Source: a virus (Duplodnaviria > Heunggongvirae > Uroviricota > Caudoviricetes). Taken from it: a stretch of 64,000 nucleotides of DNA. Below are positions 1-8,923 of the stretch, one piece after another. A program made the translations under genes and the position numbers. Each line of letters starts with the position of its first letter. Position 1 is the stretch's first letter. The notes beneath the pieces were generated by a model. It saw only the letters and a list, made by a program, of their open reading frames with translations, was not told the origin of the DNA and made no database searches. The stretch is taken from positions 64,001 to 128,000 of the IMG/VR virus record IMGVR_UViG_3300005077_000002. One strand, written 5' to 3'.

Positions 1-585
1 TCAGGATCTATGGGTGGTACTAAAATTAGATTGGCTCGTGAAAGTGCAATTTTATTGTCTAAGTTAACAAATAGGTTAAATATACCAAATGAAATACTTG
101 GATTCACGACCAGGACAAAATCTATACACACGGCATCATGGTCTATCAGACGTGATGCTTTGGCTCATATTATATTTAAAGAATTTAATGAAAGCTTTAA
201 TCGTGTTAAGGATAGACTGGGCTCAATTACAACATCTCCTATATCAGAAGGTACTGGTGGCGAGAACGTGGACGGAGAAGCATTATTATGGGCAGCCAGA
301 AGAATTTATACAAGAAAAGAACGCAGAAGGATAATAGTTGTATTGAGTGATGGAGATCCAGCATGTTCAACTTATAATTTCCGTATGCTATATGATCATT
401 TGAAGGATACGGTAAATCTAGTACGATTATCTGGTATTGAACTTTACGCTATAGGTATACTTCATGATCCATCACGGTTTTATGGTGATAAGTATTCGCA
501 CACTATAAATAAAACCGAAGAGTTCACGACCACATTCTTTAAAGATTTTATTGATATTATTAACAAGCAAAGGATTACATATTGA
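1..585 (+). CDS. cobT: CobT-like VWA (MIDAS) domain protein, 5'-truncated by the window edge
   Basis: Frame is open from base 1 (tca gga tct atg = SGSM, tail of the DxSxS MIDAS motif). Also has EILGFTT, ENVDGEAL, IIVVLSDGDP and LYAIGI, typical of CobT-like VWA domains. Lies directly upstream of a CobS-like ATPase. Confidence 0.8.
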   Translation, partial: SGSMGGTKIRLARESAILLSKLTNRLNIPNEILGFTTRTKSIHTASWSIRRDALAHIIFKEFNESFNRVKDRLGSITTSPISEGTGGENVDGEALLWAARRIYTRKERRRIIVVLSDGDPACSTYNFRMLYDHLKDTVNLVRLSGIELYAIGILHDPSRFYGDKYSHTINKTEEFTTTFFKDFIDIINKQRITY

Positions 586-1586
586 AAAATCTAGAATCAG
601 CTCTGCGAGAGACATTTCCTTCATTTAATATTAAGCGTTATGAAAGATCAGATAAATTTGATTTACCTGTCTCAAGTATCAGATCGCTGTTGAATATGGA
701 AACGTCCGTAAAAATGGAATCTGATATTGAGTTCATTCCGACAAATACTTATTTCGATGTACGAAAACTGATTGAAGGCGGATTTAATGTATGGGTTGAA
801 GGCCCTGCCGGATGCAGTAAATCAAGACCCATAAAAGAAGCTGCTCTAAATCTTGGTTTTGGATACTATCGTATTAATATGAACGGCCATAGCACTGATG
901 AAGCATTGCTTGGTTCTCCACGCATGCAGCCAGACGATGAAACGAAAGCTCCCATAATGTACTGGCTGACCGGCATAATGGAAAAAGCCGCTACACATGG
1001 ATTAAATGAAAAAGGTGAAGTGGTTGGTATGCCAGCCGTTCTGCACATTGATGAAATCGATGCTGCGCCGCCAGAAACTCATTTTGTATTACAGAGTGTA
1101 CTTGAACCAGATAAAACTTTCGTGATTGATGGTGATGGATCAAGGCTCGTGAAGGCCCATCCGAAATTTGTTATTGTAGCAGCAGCCAATACCAAAGGCA
1201 GCGGCGACTTTAGAGGCGGATATGTAGGGACTAATCCAATGAACATAAGTACCAGAGACCGGTTTCATTTTATGTTATCTACTGATTTTGATGCAAAGTT
1301 AGAGGATACAATACTTTCGAAGCTGGTACCTCATGGTTTTAAGGGCAAAATAGGTGATATTAAAAAATTTATTCTAATGGTAAGAAAAGCAAACTTAGAC
1401 GGATCCATATCTTTTGTTATGTCCGTACGCAGAGTTATGGCTTTGGCCAGGGGAATAGATGTATTCGGCGGTTCTTTAGGCAAAAGCTATTTTATGTCAA
1501 TAGCGAACTTTGTAGAGCCAGATCAACAAAATGCTGTGAATGAGCTATTTCAACGAGCATTTGGTTTACATCCGTCAAAGGCATAA
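582..1586 (+). CDS. cobS: CobS/MoxR-family AAA+ ATPase
   Basis: TTG start overlapping the upstream stop. Walker A variant GPAGCSKS, Walker B LHIDEID, AHPKFVIVAAANTKGSG and the STRDRF arginine-finger segment. Confidence 0.85.
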   Translation: MKNLESALRETFPSFNIKRYERSDKFDLPVSSIRSLLNMETSVKMESDIEFIPTNTYFDVRKLIEGGFNVWVEGPAGCSKSRPIKEAALNLGFGYYRINMNGHSTDEALLGSPRMQPDDETKAPIMYWLTGIMEKAATHGLNEKGEVVGMPAVLHIDEIDAAPPETHFVLQSVLEPDKTFVIDGDGSRLVKAHPKFVIVAAANTKGSGDFRGGYVGTNPMNISTRDRFHFMLSTDFDAKLEDTILSKLVPHGFKGKIGDIKKFILMVRKANLDGSISFVMSVRRVMALARGIDVFGGSLGKSYFMSIANFVEPDQQNAVNELFQRAFGLHPSKA

Positions 1587-1588
1587 TT

Positions 1589-1855
1589 ATGGTAGATAAA
1601 TCAAAAGTCAAACATAAAAAAGAATTACAGGATGATGGCGAGTTACTGGATTATATCACCAAAGGCAAAGGCGCCAGGATTGAAACCAGATTGCGGATGT
1701 TTAAATCCGTACCTATGTTGGATATCCGTGAATGGCTTAATGACGGTGATAAAGTAATTAAGACTAACCGCGGAATTACCTTACCGTTAAGTAGAATTAC
1801 TGATCTGCTAAGTCTCTTGTCTAAAACTAAAACAATTCTGGAATTGAGAGGTTAA
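1589..1855 (+). CDS. PC4/YdbC-like single-stranded nucleic-acid-binding protein
   Basis: 88 aa with the PC4 signature MLDIREWLNDGDKVIKTNRGITLP. Confidence 0.75.
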   Translation: MVDKSKVKHKKELQDDGELLDYITKGKGARIETRLRMFKSVPMLDIREWLNDGDKVIKTNRGITLPLSRITDLLSLLSKTKTILELRG

Positions 1856-1857
1856 TT

Positions 1858-2487
1858 GTGTCCGGAGTATTATCCGTTTTTACATCGAAATCCATATACG
1901 ATATTCTTCTTCCTGTAAGTGATGCTGAAGAAGTAAAGAAAGTAGTTGATAAACTTGAATCATTGGGAGTTGAAGTTACTGAACCAATAGAACGTTATAC
2001 GTTCTGGGAAACTAGCTTGGATCAACCTTCTGTATGTAGGAATTGTGGTTCCCAGAACATAGCTAATATGATTATCCCCGCACCTGGCATAACAACTTCT
2101 CCAGTGGAATCAGATATTGAAAGTAAGCATTTTGTAACACCGACTCCATCCAGTACAGTAGGTAGTAGCATTGCTAATGCCATGATTGCATATGGAACTA
2201 TTTCTACAGCAGAAATAGCTGAAAATCTTGGTATTACAGAGATTACAGTAAAAGCATGGATTAATGATAGTAAAAGTCCTACAGTTTCTCAACTAATTCA
2301 TCTGGCTACTATATTAAAAGTACCAGTATGTGCACTGCTACCTGATTTTGGGGATGCCGAACAAATATTTGGAAGTAAACCTATTGCTGTTACACCTGAT
2401 AAGAGTTCATCAAAGAAGAAAGATCCATTTGCACCTGCTGCTGCTACTTTCAAAAAATCAACCAGATTAAAACCGTTACCATTCTAA
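1858..2487 (+). CDS. XRE/Cro-CI-type HTH transcription regulator with an N-terminal CxxC knuckle
   Basis: GTG start. STAEIAENLGITEITVKAWINDSKSPTVSQLIHLATILKV is a classic XRE HTH; CRNCGS lies upstream; basic C-terminal tail. Confidence 0.75.
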   Translation: MSGVLSVFTSKSIYDILLPVSDAEEVKKVVDKLESLGVEVTEPIERYTFWETSLDQPSVCRNCGSQNIANMIIPAPGITTSPVESDIESKHFVTPTPSSTVGSSIANAMIAYGTISTAEIAENLGITEITVKAWINDSKSPTVSQLIHLATILKVPVCALLPDFGDAEQIFGSKPIAVTPDKSSSKKKDPFAPAAATFKKSTRLKPLPF

Positions 2488-2496
2488 GGTGTAATT

Positions 2497-2736
2497 ATGA
2501 ATAAGATGTTTGAGATGCACCATGCCTATTTCGGTGCCATAATCATGGCATTTGGATTTTATTACAATATTTGGCTGATCGTATTTGGATTTTGGATTAT
2601 GATGGATGATGTTGGTCAGCACATCATGATCAATAATTACGATAAGAATTATGTAAGTTTTTTACATTGGGCCGGCCGGCCATTTTACAGACTTATAAGT
2701 AAGTATAAATGGCTATCCTGGCTAAAACAATTTTAG
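2497..2736 (+). CDS. Small membrane protein, unknown function
   Basis: 79 aa with two hydrophobic segments flanked by HH and DDxxQH; coupled spacing with neighbours. Confidence 0.6.
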   Translation: MNKMFEMHHAYFGAIIMAFGFYYNIWLIVFGFWIMMDDVGQHIMINNYDKNYVSFLHWAGRPFYRLISKYKWLSWLKQF

Positions 2737-2743
2737 GAAGTTC

Positions 2744-5026
2744 ATGTCATCAAAAATATCCCACATTAAAGCCGCTATCAAGGATCGTTTAAAACTAAAA
2801 TCGTCATCAATGAGCTGGCGTGGTATGAGCATTGTTGTGTCTGCAATAGATCGCAAAGAAGTTATTCCACAAACTTGGAAGTTGTTCGGATCTTTCCCTG
2901 GTGACATTGGTGATACCATAGAAGGTGATGTTCTTATAACGTATAGCCCGATATATGGGTATTCCATGAAAGCCCGCAGTCTTACCATATCTTCATCCTT
3001 GTTAGAGGATGACAATGGATTAATGGAATTTCTGCGAAAGGACATAAAGGGCATAGGCAAGGTTACGGCGGATAGGCTATTCGCAGCTTTTTCCCGGGAA
3101 GAACTTATCGAAGCCCTTAATACCTATTCACCGAAATTACATGCTGTAAAAGGCGTCAGTGAATCAAAAGCATTGATTATATGCAATGACTGGAAAGCAA
3201 AGAAGAACATACGGGAAGTTAAACCATTTTTGTATAGTCTTGGTCTGGGCCCGGCTCAAACACAGCATGTGATTGATATGTATGGTGAAGACTCCATGCG
3301 GGTTATAAAGAATAATCCGTATCTCATGCTTAATGTTAGTATCCCGTTCAAAATCGTGGATCGTATAGCCATGAGTAATGGTATAAGTAATGTAAGCGGT
3401 TTGCGTGTACGTGCCGGATTAATGTATATGCTTGGTAACGAGCATTCAGGTGATACTTATATTAATGAGTCTGTACTTAAATCTCGGGCTGAATTGTTAC
3501 TCGATCTAGGTCATATGCAGGATGATTCGAACTGGATTAAAGCGTATGAATCTGCATTAATTGCTCTGGAGAATGATAAAGAAATAGTGATAGATGCCGG
3601 CAAAGTATTTACCGCTAAACTTTATAAAACCGAGCAGTATGTTGGCAAGCGCATGGCTACTATGGTCCATTCCGCCCGTAGTTACAGCATGATAGACAAA
3701 AGGGAAGTGGATACTTTTCTGGAGTCTTATCAAAAAGCAAAAGGTATTGAATTTACTACCGGGCAGAAAAGTGCTATTTATCGGGCTACTTCAGAAAATG
3801 TAATTATCATTACAGGTGGCCCTGGTACTGGCAAAACATCGACTATTGGTGCCCTGATCGAGTTATTTCAGAGTAAGATGTTTATCGTGAAGATAGCTTC
3901 ACCAACAGGACGTAGTGCCCGCCGTATTACTGAATCATCAGGATTCGAAGCCGAAACAGTACACAGAATGCTGCAGCCCATTCCTATGAAGGGCGGCGGT
4001 ATTATGTTTTACTATAATGCAGAAAATCCGCTTGATGCGGACGTACTCATCCTGGATGAGGTGTCTATGATTGATATCCGGTTAATGTCTGAAATTCTCC
4101 GGGCACTGAAGGATGGTACCAAATTAATCATGGTAGGGGATAAGGATCAGTTACCGAGCGTAGGCCCTGGTAACGTGCTCAATGACTGTATAACTTCCGG
4201 CAAAGTACCGTCTGTACATTTGCTGACTATTTTCAGGCAAGTTGAATCATCGAAGATCATTTCTAATTCCGTGAAGATAAATTCAGGCCATACGGATATC
4301 GACGAAGGAACTTCTGGTTCTGATTTTTATTGGACACAGCTTACTGATTACGATTCCCTCGGTGCTTTGGTAACAGACAGAATACCGAATACTTTTGGTA
4401 TTAAGTCAAGCGATATCAAAGTAATAACTCCATTTCGCAGGGAATTCGTTTCAGTAAATGTAAGGTCCATAAATAAGTTTCTGCAGAATCTTTGCAATTC
4501 GTTAGATGGTCCTGTACGGGAAGACGGTACGCGTGCTGAGATAACCTACAGTGATAGAACTTTTAGGCTGAATGACCCCGTCATGCAGCTTGAGAATAAC
4601 TATACAAAAATGGTATTCAACGGTGACATAGGTATTATTACTAATCTCATGCAGGATGATGACGGTCATGTATCCGTGGTAGTTGATTACCAGGATGATA
4701 GAAGTAAACAGCTTTACGTTGAATCGGAAATAATGCAGCTGGATCTCGCTTATGGATTTACCATTCATAAGAGTCAGGGCAGTGAGTTCGATGCCGTGAT
4801 TGTTATTCTGCCTGATGAAGTGGATAAAGCCGGAAACATGTTAAAACGTAATTTGCTATATACTGCAGTTACTAGGGCTAAACAGTTGTGCGTAGTTATG
4901 TCATCCAAAAAGTCTCTTCAAAAAGCTATTATGGATAACTCATATATTCAGAGACGTACAATGCTTACTGAATGGCTTATGAAATTTGATATAATGGAAC
5001 GTAAATCAAGGAAAAAGAGGAAGTGA
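2744..5026 (+). CDS. recD2: RecD2-like SF1B 5'-3' DNA helicase
   Basis: N-terminal HhH region (IKGIGKVTADRL), Walker A GGPGTGKTS, ILDEVSM, VGDKDQLPSVGPG, AYGFTIHKSQGSE, LLYTAVTRAK. Confidence 0.93.
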   Translation: MSSKISHIKAAIKDRLKLKSSSMSWRGMSIVVSAIDRKEVIPQTWKLFGSFPGDIGDTIEGDVLITYSPIYGYSMKARSLTISSSLLEDDNGLMEFLRKDIKGIGKVTADRLFAAFSREELIEALNTYSPKLHAVKGVSESKALIICNDWKAKKNIREVKPFLYSLGLGPAQTQHVIDMYGEDSMRVIKNNPYLMLNVSIPFKIVDRIAMSNGISNVSGLRVRAGLMYMLGNEHSGDTYINESVLKSRAELLLDLGHMQDDSNWIKAYESALIALENDKEIVIDAGKVFTAKLYKTEQYVGKRMATMVHSARSYSMIDKREVDTFLESYQKAKGIEFTTGQKSAIYRATSENVIIITGGPGTGKTSTIGALIELFQSKMFIVKIASPTGRSARRITESSGFEAETVHRMLQPIPMKGGGIMFYYNAENPLDADVLILDEVSMIDIRLMSEILRALKDGTKLIMVGDKDQLPSVGPGNVLNDCITSGKVPSVHLLTIFRQVESSKIISNSVKINSGHTDIDEGTSGSDFYWTQLTDYDSLGALVTDRIPNTFGIKSSDIKVITPFRREFVSVNVRSINKFLQNLCNSLDGPVREDGTRAEITYSDRTFRLNDPVMQLENNYTKMVFNGDIGIITNLMQDDDGHVSVVVDYQDDRSKQLYVESEIMQLDLAYGFTIHKSQGSEFDAVIVILPDEVDKAGNMLKRNLLYTAVTRAKQLCVVMSSKKSLQKAIMDNSYIQRRTMLTEWLMKFDIMERKSRKKRK

Positions 5027-6183
5027 TGTCTGATTATAAACCAAGATTGGTTAAACGCGGCGATGGCAATTATCGTGATGTTATGAGGCCGCTTAGATTC
5101 GGTGAACTTATTGGACCGGCTGTACGCATTGCAGATCCTTTTATTACAATGTTATCTAACACAGGTAAAATTGATAATCATGCTATTATGTTTTGTGGAG
5201 ACAGCGGATCTGGAAAGACTACTTTGGCATTTCTGCTAGGATTGGCTCTGAATTGTGTTAATCCACAGCCAAACAGAGTATCCGGGGCCAAGGTTGAACC
5301 GTGCCTTGAATGTGCCAATTGCAAAATTGCTCTTAGCAATGGTATGCGCAATACGTCCATGAGATCCATTATGTTGTGGAATTCTTCCACGGTTGATAAG
5401 AATCAGATGGCTGATATTGTGGACAATTACATAATGGGTCCAAGAGGAATAAGCGGCAGCAAGGTAGTTGTCAATATATTTGACGAGGCCCACAAATTGA
5501 CAAAGGAACAGCAGTCTGTATTACTCACTCCATTGGAAGCATTACCTAAATACAGTTATGTATTTTTAACAACGAATGAGCCCGAGAAGTTTAAATCCCA
5601 GACACCAATCATGTCCAGATTTACCACGCTTAACATCCCAGCCTGGAAGGATGAGGATATCCAGAGGCTTTTAACGGATGTTTCCTTTATTCAGCATACT
5701 CAGTCAGGTAGGGCAGTACCGTATAGTGAAGCCCTGGATTACATTGTTAAACTGGCTGATGGTAATTCGCGCACAGCATTATCCGTGTTACAACATGTAC
5801 TTGAAGGTACTTCCGAATCGGATTCTGGTTATATCGATGTTGAGACTGTACGGCAAATGTTTCCAACTCCGGAAGATCTGTTAGCAATAGCCACTGAAGG
5901 TGTTGATTTGCGCGGGTTGTTCAAAGCGTTTTATTCCCGGAATGTTGTTGATGCTGTTATAGAATTGTCCAGACTTGAGGAACAAAGAGTTCCAGCTGTG
6001 GATATCGCATTTTCACTTAATAAGTATTTGAAGAACCAAACAATAAAAGCTGCCAATGATAAGAATTCAGCAAGGATTCTTGAAGTTGTCAATATGCTGG
6101 ATAAGTTTGGAGCTGCTTTCTCCAGTGATGGCGAAGCATATGCCCGTTTGTTAACTGGTGTTACACGGGCACTGGCCAAGTAG
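5026..6183 (+). CDS. dnaX: DNA polymerase III gamma/tau-like clamp-loader ATPase
   Basis: Walker A GDSGSGKTT, Zn module (LNC...EPCLECANC), FDEAHKLT and IMSRF. ATG at 5026 lies 5 nt after GAGG. Confidence 0.8.
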   Translation: MSDYKPRLVKRGDGNYRDVMRPLRFGELIGPAVRIADPFITMLSNTGKIDNHAIMFCGDSGSGKTTLAFLLGLALNCVNPQPNRVSGAKVEPCLECANCKIALSNGMRNTSMRSIMLWNSSTVDKNQMADIVDNYIMGPRGISGSKVVVNIFDEAHKLTKEQQSVLLTPLEALPKYSYVFLTTNEPEKFKSQTPIMSRFTTLNIPAWKDEDIQRLLTDVSFIQHTQSGRAVPYSEALDYIVKLADGNSRTALSVLQHVLEGTSESDSGYIDVETVRQMFPTPEDLLAIATEGVDLRGLFKAFYSRNVVDAVIELSRLEEQRVPAVDIAFSLNKYLKNQTIKAANDKNSARILEVVNMLDKFGAAFSSDGEAYARLLTGVTRALAK

Positions 6184-6247
6184 TGTAGAATACATTCTAC
6201 AATATAGCCTACCTTACACGTGACTTTTATAACATAAGTGTTATATT
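6184..6247 (+). promoter_or_regulatory. Candidate sigma70-type promoter with two palindromic operator-like sites
   Basis: TGTAGAAT-ac-ATTCTACA (6184-6201) and TATAACA-taag-TGTTATA (6228-6245). Extended -10 TGtTATATT (6239-6247); GGAG RBS before ATG 6269. Confidence 0.5.
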
Positions 6248-6268
6248 ACACAAAAATCAGGAGATAAT

Positions 6269-6805
6269 ATGCCAGATAGTGAAGTAATATCAGGTGAACT
6301 TTTAGATAGCATGATCAATTCTTCTGCTCCATTAAAGAGCCTTAATGATCATGTGTTTAGTACTTTGTTACCAAATTTATTGAAAATGGTTGAACCAATG
6401 ATTAACCGGGATGTTCATCCTGATAAAGAAAATGATGTGGTAAATGTAGTATTAATTCCTGTTATGGAAAGTTTATACTATTCCATAGTACAAGACAAGG
6501 ATACTGCCAACTTTGGAGCCATTATGGACCTTTTGGCATCAGCAAATGGTGTGGGCAAAGTTACACCAAAATGCGCATGTGTCAGATGTTCTATAGTTAA
6601 CATGTTTAATAATGATGAAGATTTGCACATGCACAAAAACGGTATTGCCCAGGCAGTTTTGGAAGATCTGAAACCCATACTTGAAAGTATCAATGGTCTA
6701 GCTATAACTAGTGCAGAGGATCTTAACGAGTTTGTCAAGAGTTGGGACAAAGAAAATAATATTCTGAATTTGCCAGATACACCTGAACCGGATGAGATTT
6801 CTTAA
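6269..6805 (+). CDS. Hypothetical protein with a CxCxxC motif
   Basis: 178 aa with a good RBS, CACVRC motif and acidic C-terminus. Confidence 0.65.
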   Translation: MPDSEVISGELLDSMINSSAPLKSLNDHVFSTLLPNLLKMVEPMINRDVHPDKENDVVNVVLIPVMESLYYSIVQDKDTANFGAIMDLLASANGVGKVTPKCACVRCSIVNMFNNDEDLHMHKNGIAQAVLEDLKPILESINGLAITSAEDLNEFVKSWDKENNILNLPDTPEPDEIS

Positions 6806-6824
6806 TATAAAGTAAAATAGTATA

Positions 6825-7496
6825 ATGGCCACATTCAGCAGAGCTTATCACTTTCTTTACAAATGTCCTTTACGTCGTATTGACACTAATCCATTAGAAA
6901 CGTCCAATCTCGGAGATTGGCTGACCAAATACGGTCTGGATGCCATTATGAATGGATATCGGTCCAAAAACTATGCGGACATGAACACAATGTTTGCAGC
7001 TAAAGTTATAGAATCCGAACGCAAGGGTGAATACATTTATTCTAAAGGACTATTGGTTGAAACATTTAATACCGCTGCTATAAATACATCTTTATACGCG
7101 AAATCACGTACCGATGAATCTAGTCAGATCATTGGAAATTTCACACACAATGGCATGGATGCCATTGTTCACATTGTAAACAAAAAACTTACTGGATTAA
7201 CCGAACTGTTGTGGTTTAACATGGAACCAAAATTACCAGATTTAACACAGCAGAACGTTTTATCCATATTTGTACAGTGGAACGCGAGAGCGTATGAACT
7301 TGCATACGAGCGTCGGCCGTACCAACTGGTTGTGTACTATCCTGTTATAGGTGATAGTGTGCAGTACATTTACAATCCGATAGGCGGCTTGGATATTATA
7401 GCCGGGCTTATTGATATGGATGTATTGCCAGCCAGACCAATAGCAGCCGAATGTCTCCAATGCAAAGCCTGTTCGGAGCATCTAAGGATGATCTGA
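6825..7496 (+). CDS. Cas4/AddB-like PD-(D/E)XK-fold protein with 1+3 Cys (Fe-S) arrangement; catalytic motif looks degenerate
   Basis: N-terminal YKCPLR, RecB-like QWNARAY and C-terminal PARPIAAECLQCKAC. No clear (D/E)xK. Confidence 0.55.
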   Translation: MATFSRAYHFLYKCPLRRIDTNPLETSNLGDWLTKYGLDAIMNGYRSKNYADMNTMFAAKVIESERKGEYIYSKGLLVETFNTAAINTSLYAKSRTDESSQIIGNFTHNGMDAIVHIVNKKLTGLTELLWFNMEPKLPDLTQQNVLSIFVQWNARAYELAYERRPYQLVVYYPVIGDSVQYIYNPIGGLDIIAGLIDMDVLPARPIAAECLQCKACSEHLRMI

Positions 7497-7499
7497 CAT

Positions 7500-7748
7500 A
7501 TGGATGTGTGGGAAGTCATTTTCCTTGAGCTAGAGAAGGAGAAACCACTTACAGTACTTTTCTTTATTTTTCATCACTACTATGGCCGGTCTATCAAAGA
7601 CCTCGCCAGCATATTCAAGGTAAAACCGGAAACGGTATCCAAGAATATTGGGAATTTAATATTTAGGATCCGAAAGACTTATACCAAAGAAGGCGGTGTT
7701 ATTGGTAATGACGGATCTTTGATTGGAGGAGAACATTTATGCCAGTAG
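7500..7748 (+). CDS. Stand-alone sigma-70 region-4-like HTH protein
   Basis: HHYYGRSIKDLASIFKVKPETVSKNIGNLIFRIRK matches the r4 HTH pattern. Confidence 0.6.
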   Translation: MDVWEVIFLELEKEKPLTVLFFIFHHYYGRSIKDLASIFKVKPETVSKNIGNLIFRIRKTYTKEGGVIGNDGSLIGGEHLCQ

Positions 7749-8320
7749 CCAGAGTTATTGGTGTTGATCCTTCATTTAGAAATACCGGATTCGCAGTAAT
7801 GGATTTTACTGATAATGGTCTGGAACTGGTGCATCATGGTGTAATACGCACAAAGAAAGCTGTTAAAAAGCGTGGTGTGCGTGTAGCTGATGATGATGTT
7901 GAAAACATCATGCATATAGTTCGTGACCTTCATCGCATGATCGACGAGTATAAGCCAGCCGCAATGATAGTGGAATTACCATCATCAGGTGGCAAGAGTG
8001 CTTTAGCAGTTAAATCAATGGCTTTTGCAACGTCTTTCATGGGATCCGTAGCTGAGTATGAAGGTATTCCGACTGAATGGTTAACGCCGGCAATGATAAA
8101 GAAATTTGTCACCGGGGTGAATAATGGATCAAAGGAAGAGATTCAGAATTTTGTATTAAAGAAGTTCCCTGAACTTAAACCGGTATACGCCAGCAAAGGA
8201 ACACCGGTCGATGTGTTTGAACACGTCGCTGATGCAATTGCCGCTATATTAACGGCAGAATCCAACAGCCAATTGATCCGAATCGTTAAACAACAACACA
8301 TTAAGGAGAAAGTAGCTTAG
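7739..8320 (+). CDS. ruvC: RuvC Holliday junction resolvase
   Basis: VIGVDPSFRNTGFAV, IVE, TPAMIKKFVTG..NGSKEEI and HVADAIAA give the RuvC acidic tetrad layout. Confidence 0.88.
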   Translation: MPVARVIGVDPSFRNTGFAVMDFTDNGLELVHHGVIRTKKAVKKRGVRVADDDVENIMHIVRDLHRMIDEYKPAAMIVELPSSGGKSALAVKSMAFATSFMGSVAEYEGIPTEWLTPAMIKKFVTGVNNGSKEEIQNFVLKKFPELKPVYASKGTPVDVFEHVADAIAAILTAESNSQLIRIVKQQHIKEKVA

Positions 8321-8628
8321 TGCCAACAACAGAAAAGCGTAATCCTTACCGGGAGCTTACTAAGAATCTTACTGAGCCGCATCCAAAACCAAAACGGATA
8401 CCAGTTACCAAGGAAATTGAGACTCCAGAAGTCCCTAGTGTTCCTGCAGTACCTGTTGAGGATAATGTGGTTAACGTGATAGATTCACCCGGTGATTTTA
8501 TTTCTTCGCCTGAAAGCGAAACTGAAGGAGTTGTAATCGATACTCCTAAGAAGACTCGCCGCAGACGCATTCAGCAATCTGAAGAAACGGAGACTATCCC
8601 AGATGGCGACACCGAAGAAAACAGCTAA
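8320..8628 (+). CDS. Hypothetical low-complexity (Pro/Glu-rich) protein
   Basis: GTG start overlapping the ruvC stop, GGAG RBS; composition suggests disorder. Confidence 0.55.
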   Translation: MPTTEKRNPYRELTKNLTEPHPKPKRIPVTKEIETPEVPSVPAVPVEDNVVNVIDSPGDFISSPESETEGVVIDTPKKTRRRRIQQSEETETIPDGDTEENS

Positions 8629-8923
8629 ACGCGGGGATAATGCTCATGTTCAGCAGACAGAACATCATTTTACTTTTGCGGCTCAAAGCATAGTGGATAT
8701 GGTGTGGTATAATGGCGAAATGATAGCCATAGCTGTGTTAGATCAACGTAACACTCTTGGTATTATAGCTAAAGAATTCGTTACACTGGACAGCAGAACC
8801 GGTGCTTTTGTGCCGGCTAATATTGCCTGTCCTGCAGTGTACGATTCCAACGCTAAACAGGTCGCCATTAATCTGTATGCTGATTACATGAAATCCCTCG
8901 AGAAAGAAGGTAGCAATGGGTAA
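8603..8923 (+). CDS. Hypothetical protein
   Basis: 106 aa that fills the gap and overlaps both neighbours in operon fashion. Confidence 0.6.
   Translation: MATPKKTAKRGDNAHVQQTEHHFTFAAQSIVDMVWYNGEMIAIAVLDQRNTLGIIAKEFVTLDSRTGAFVPANIACPAVYDSNAKQVAINLYADYMKSLEKEGSNG

Noticed and set aside
6825-7496. A CRISPR-Cas locus implied by the Cas4-like gene
   Set aside because: No cas1/cas2, effector genes or array nearby; solo Cas4-like genes are common in phage recombination modules.
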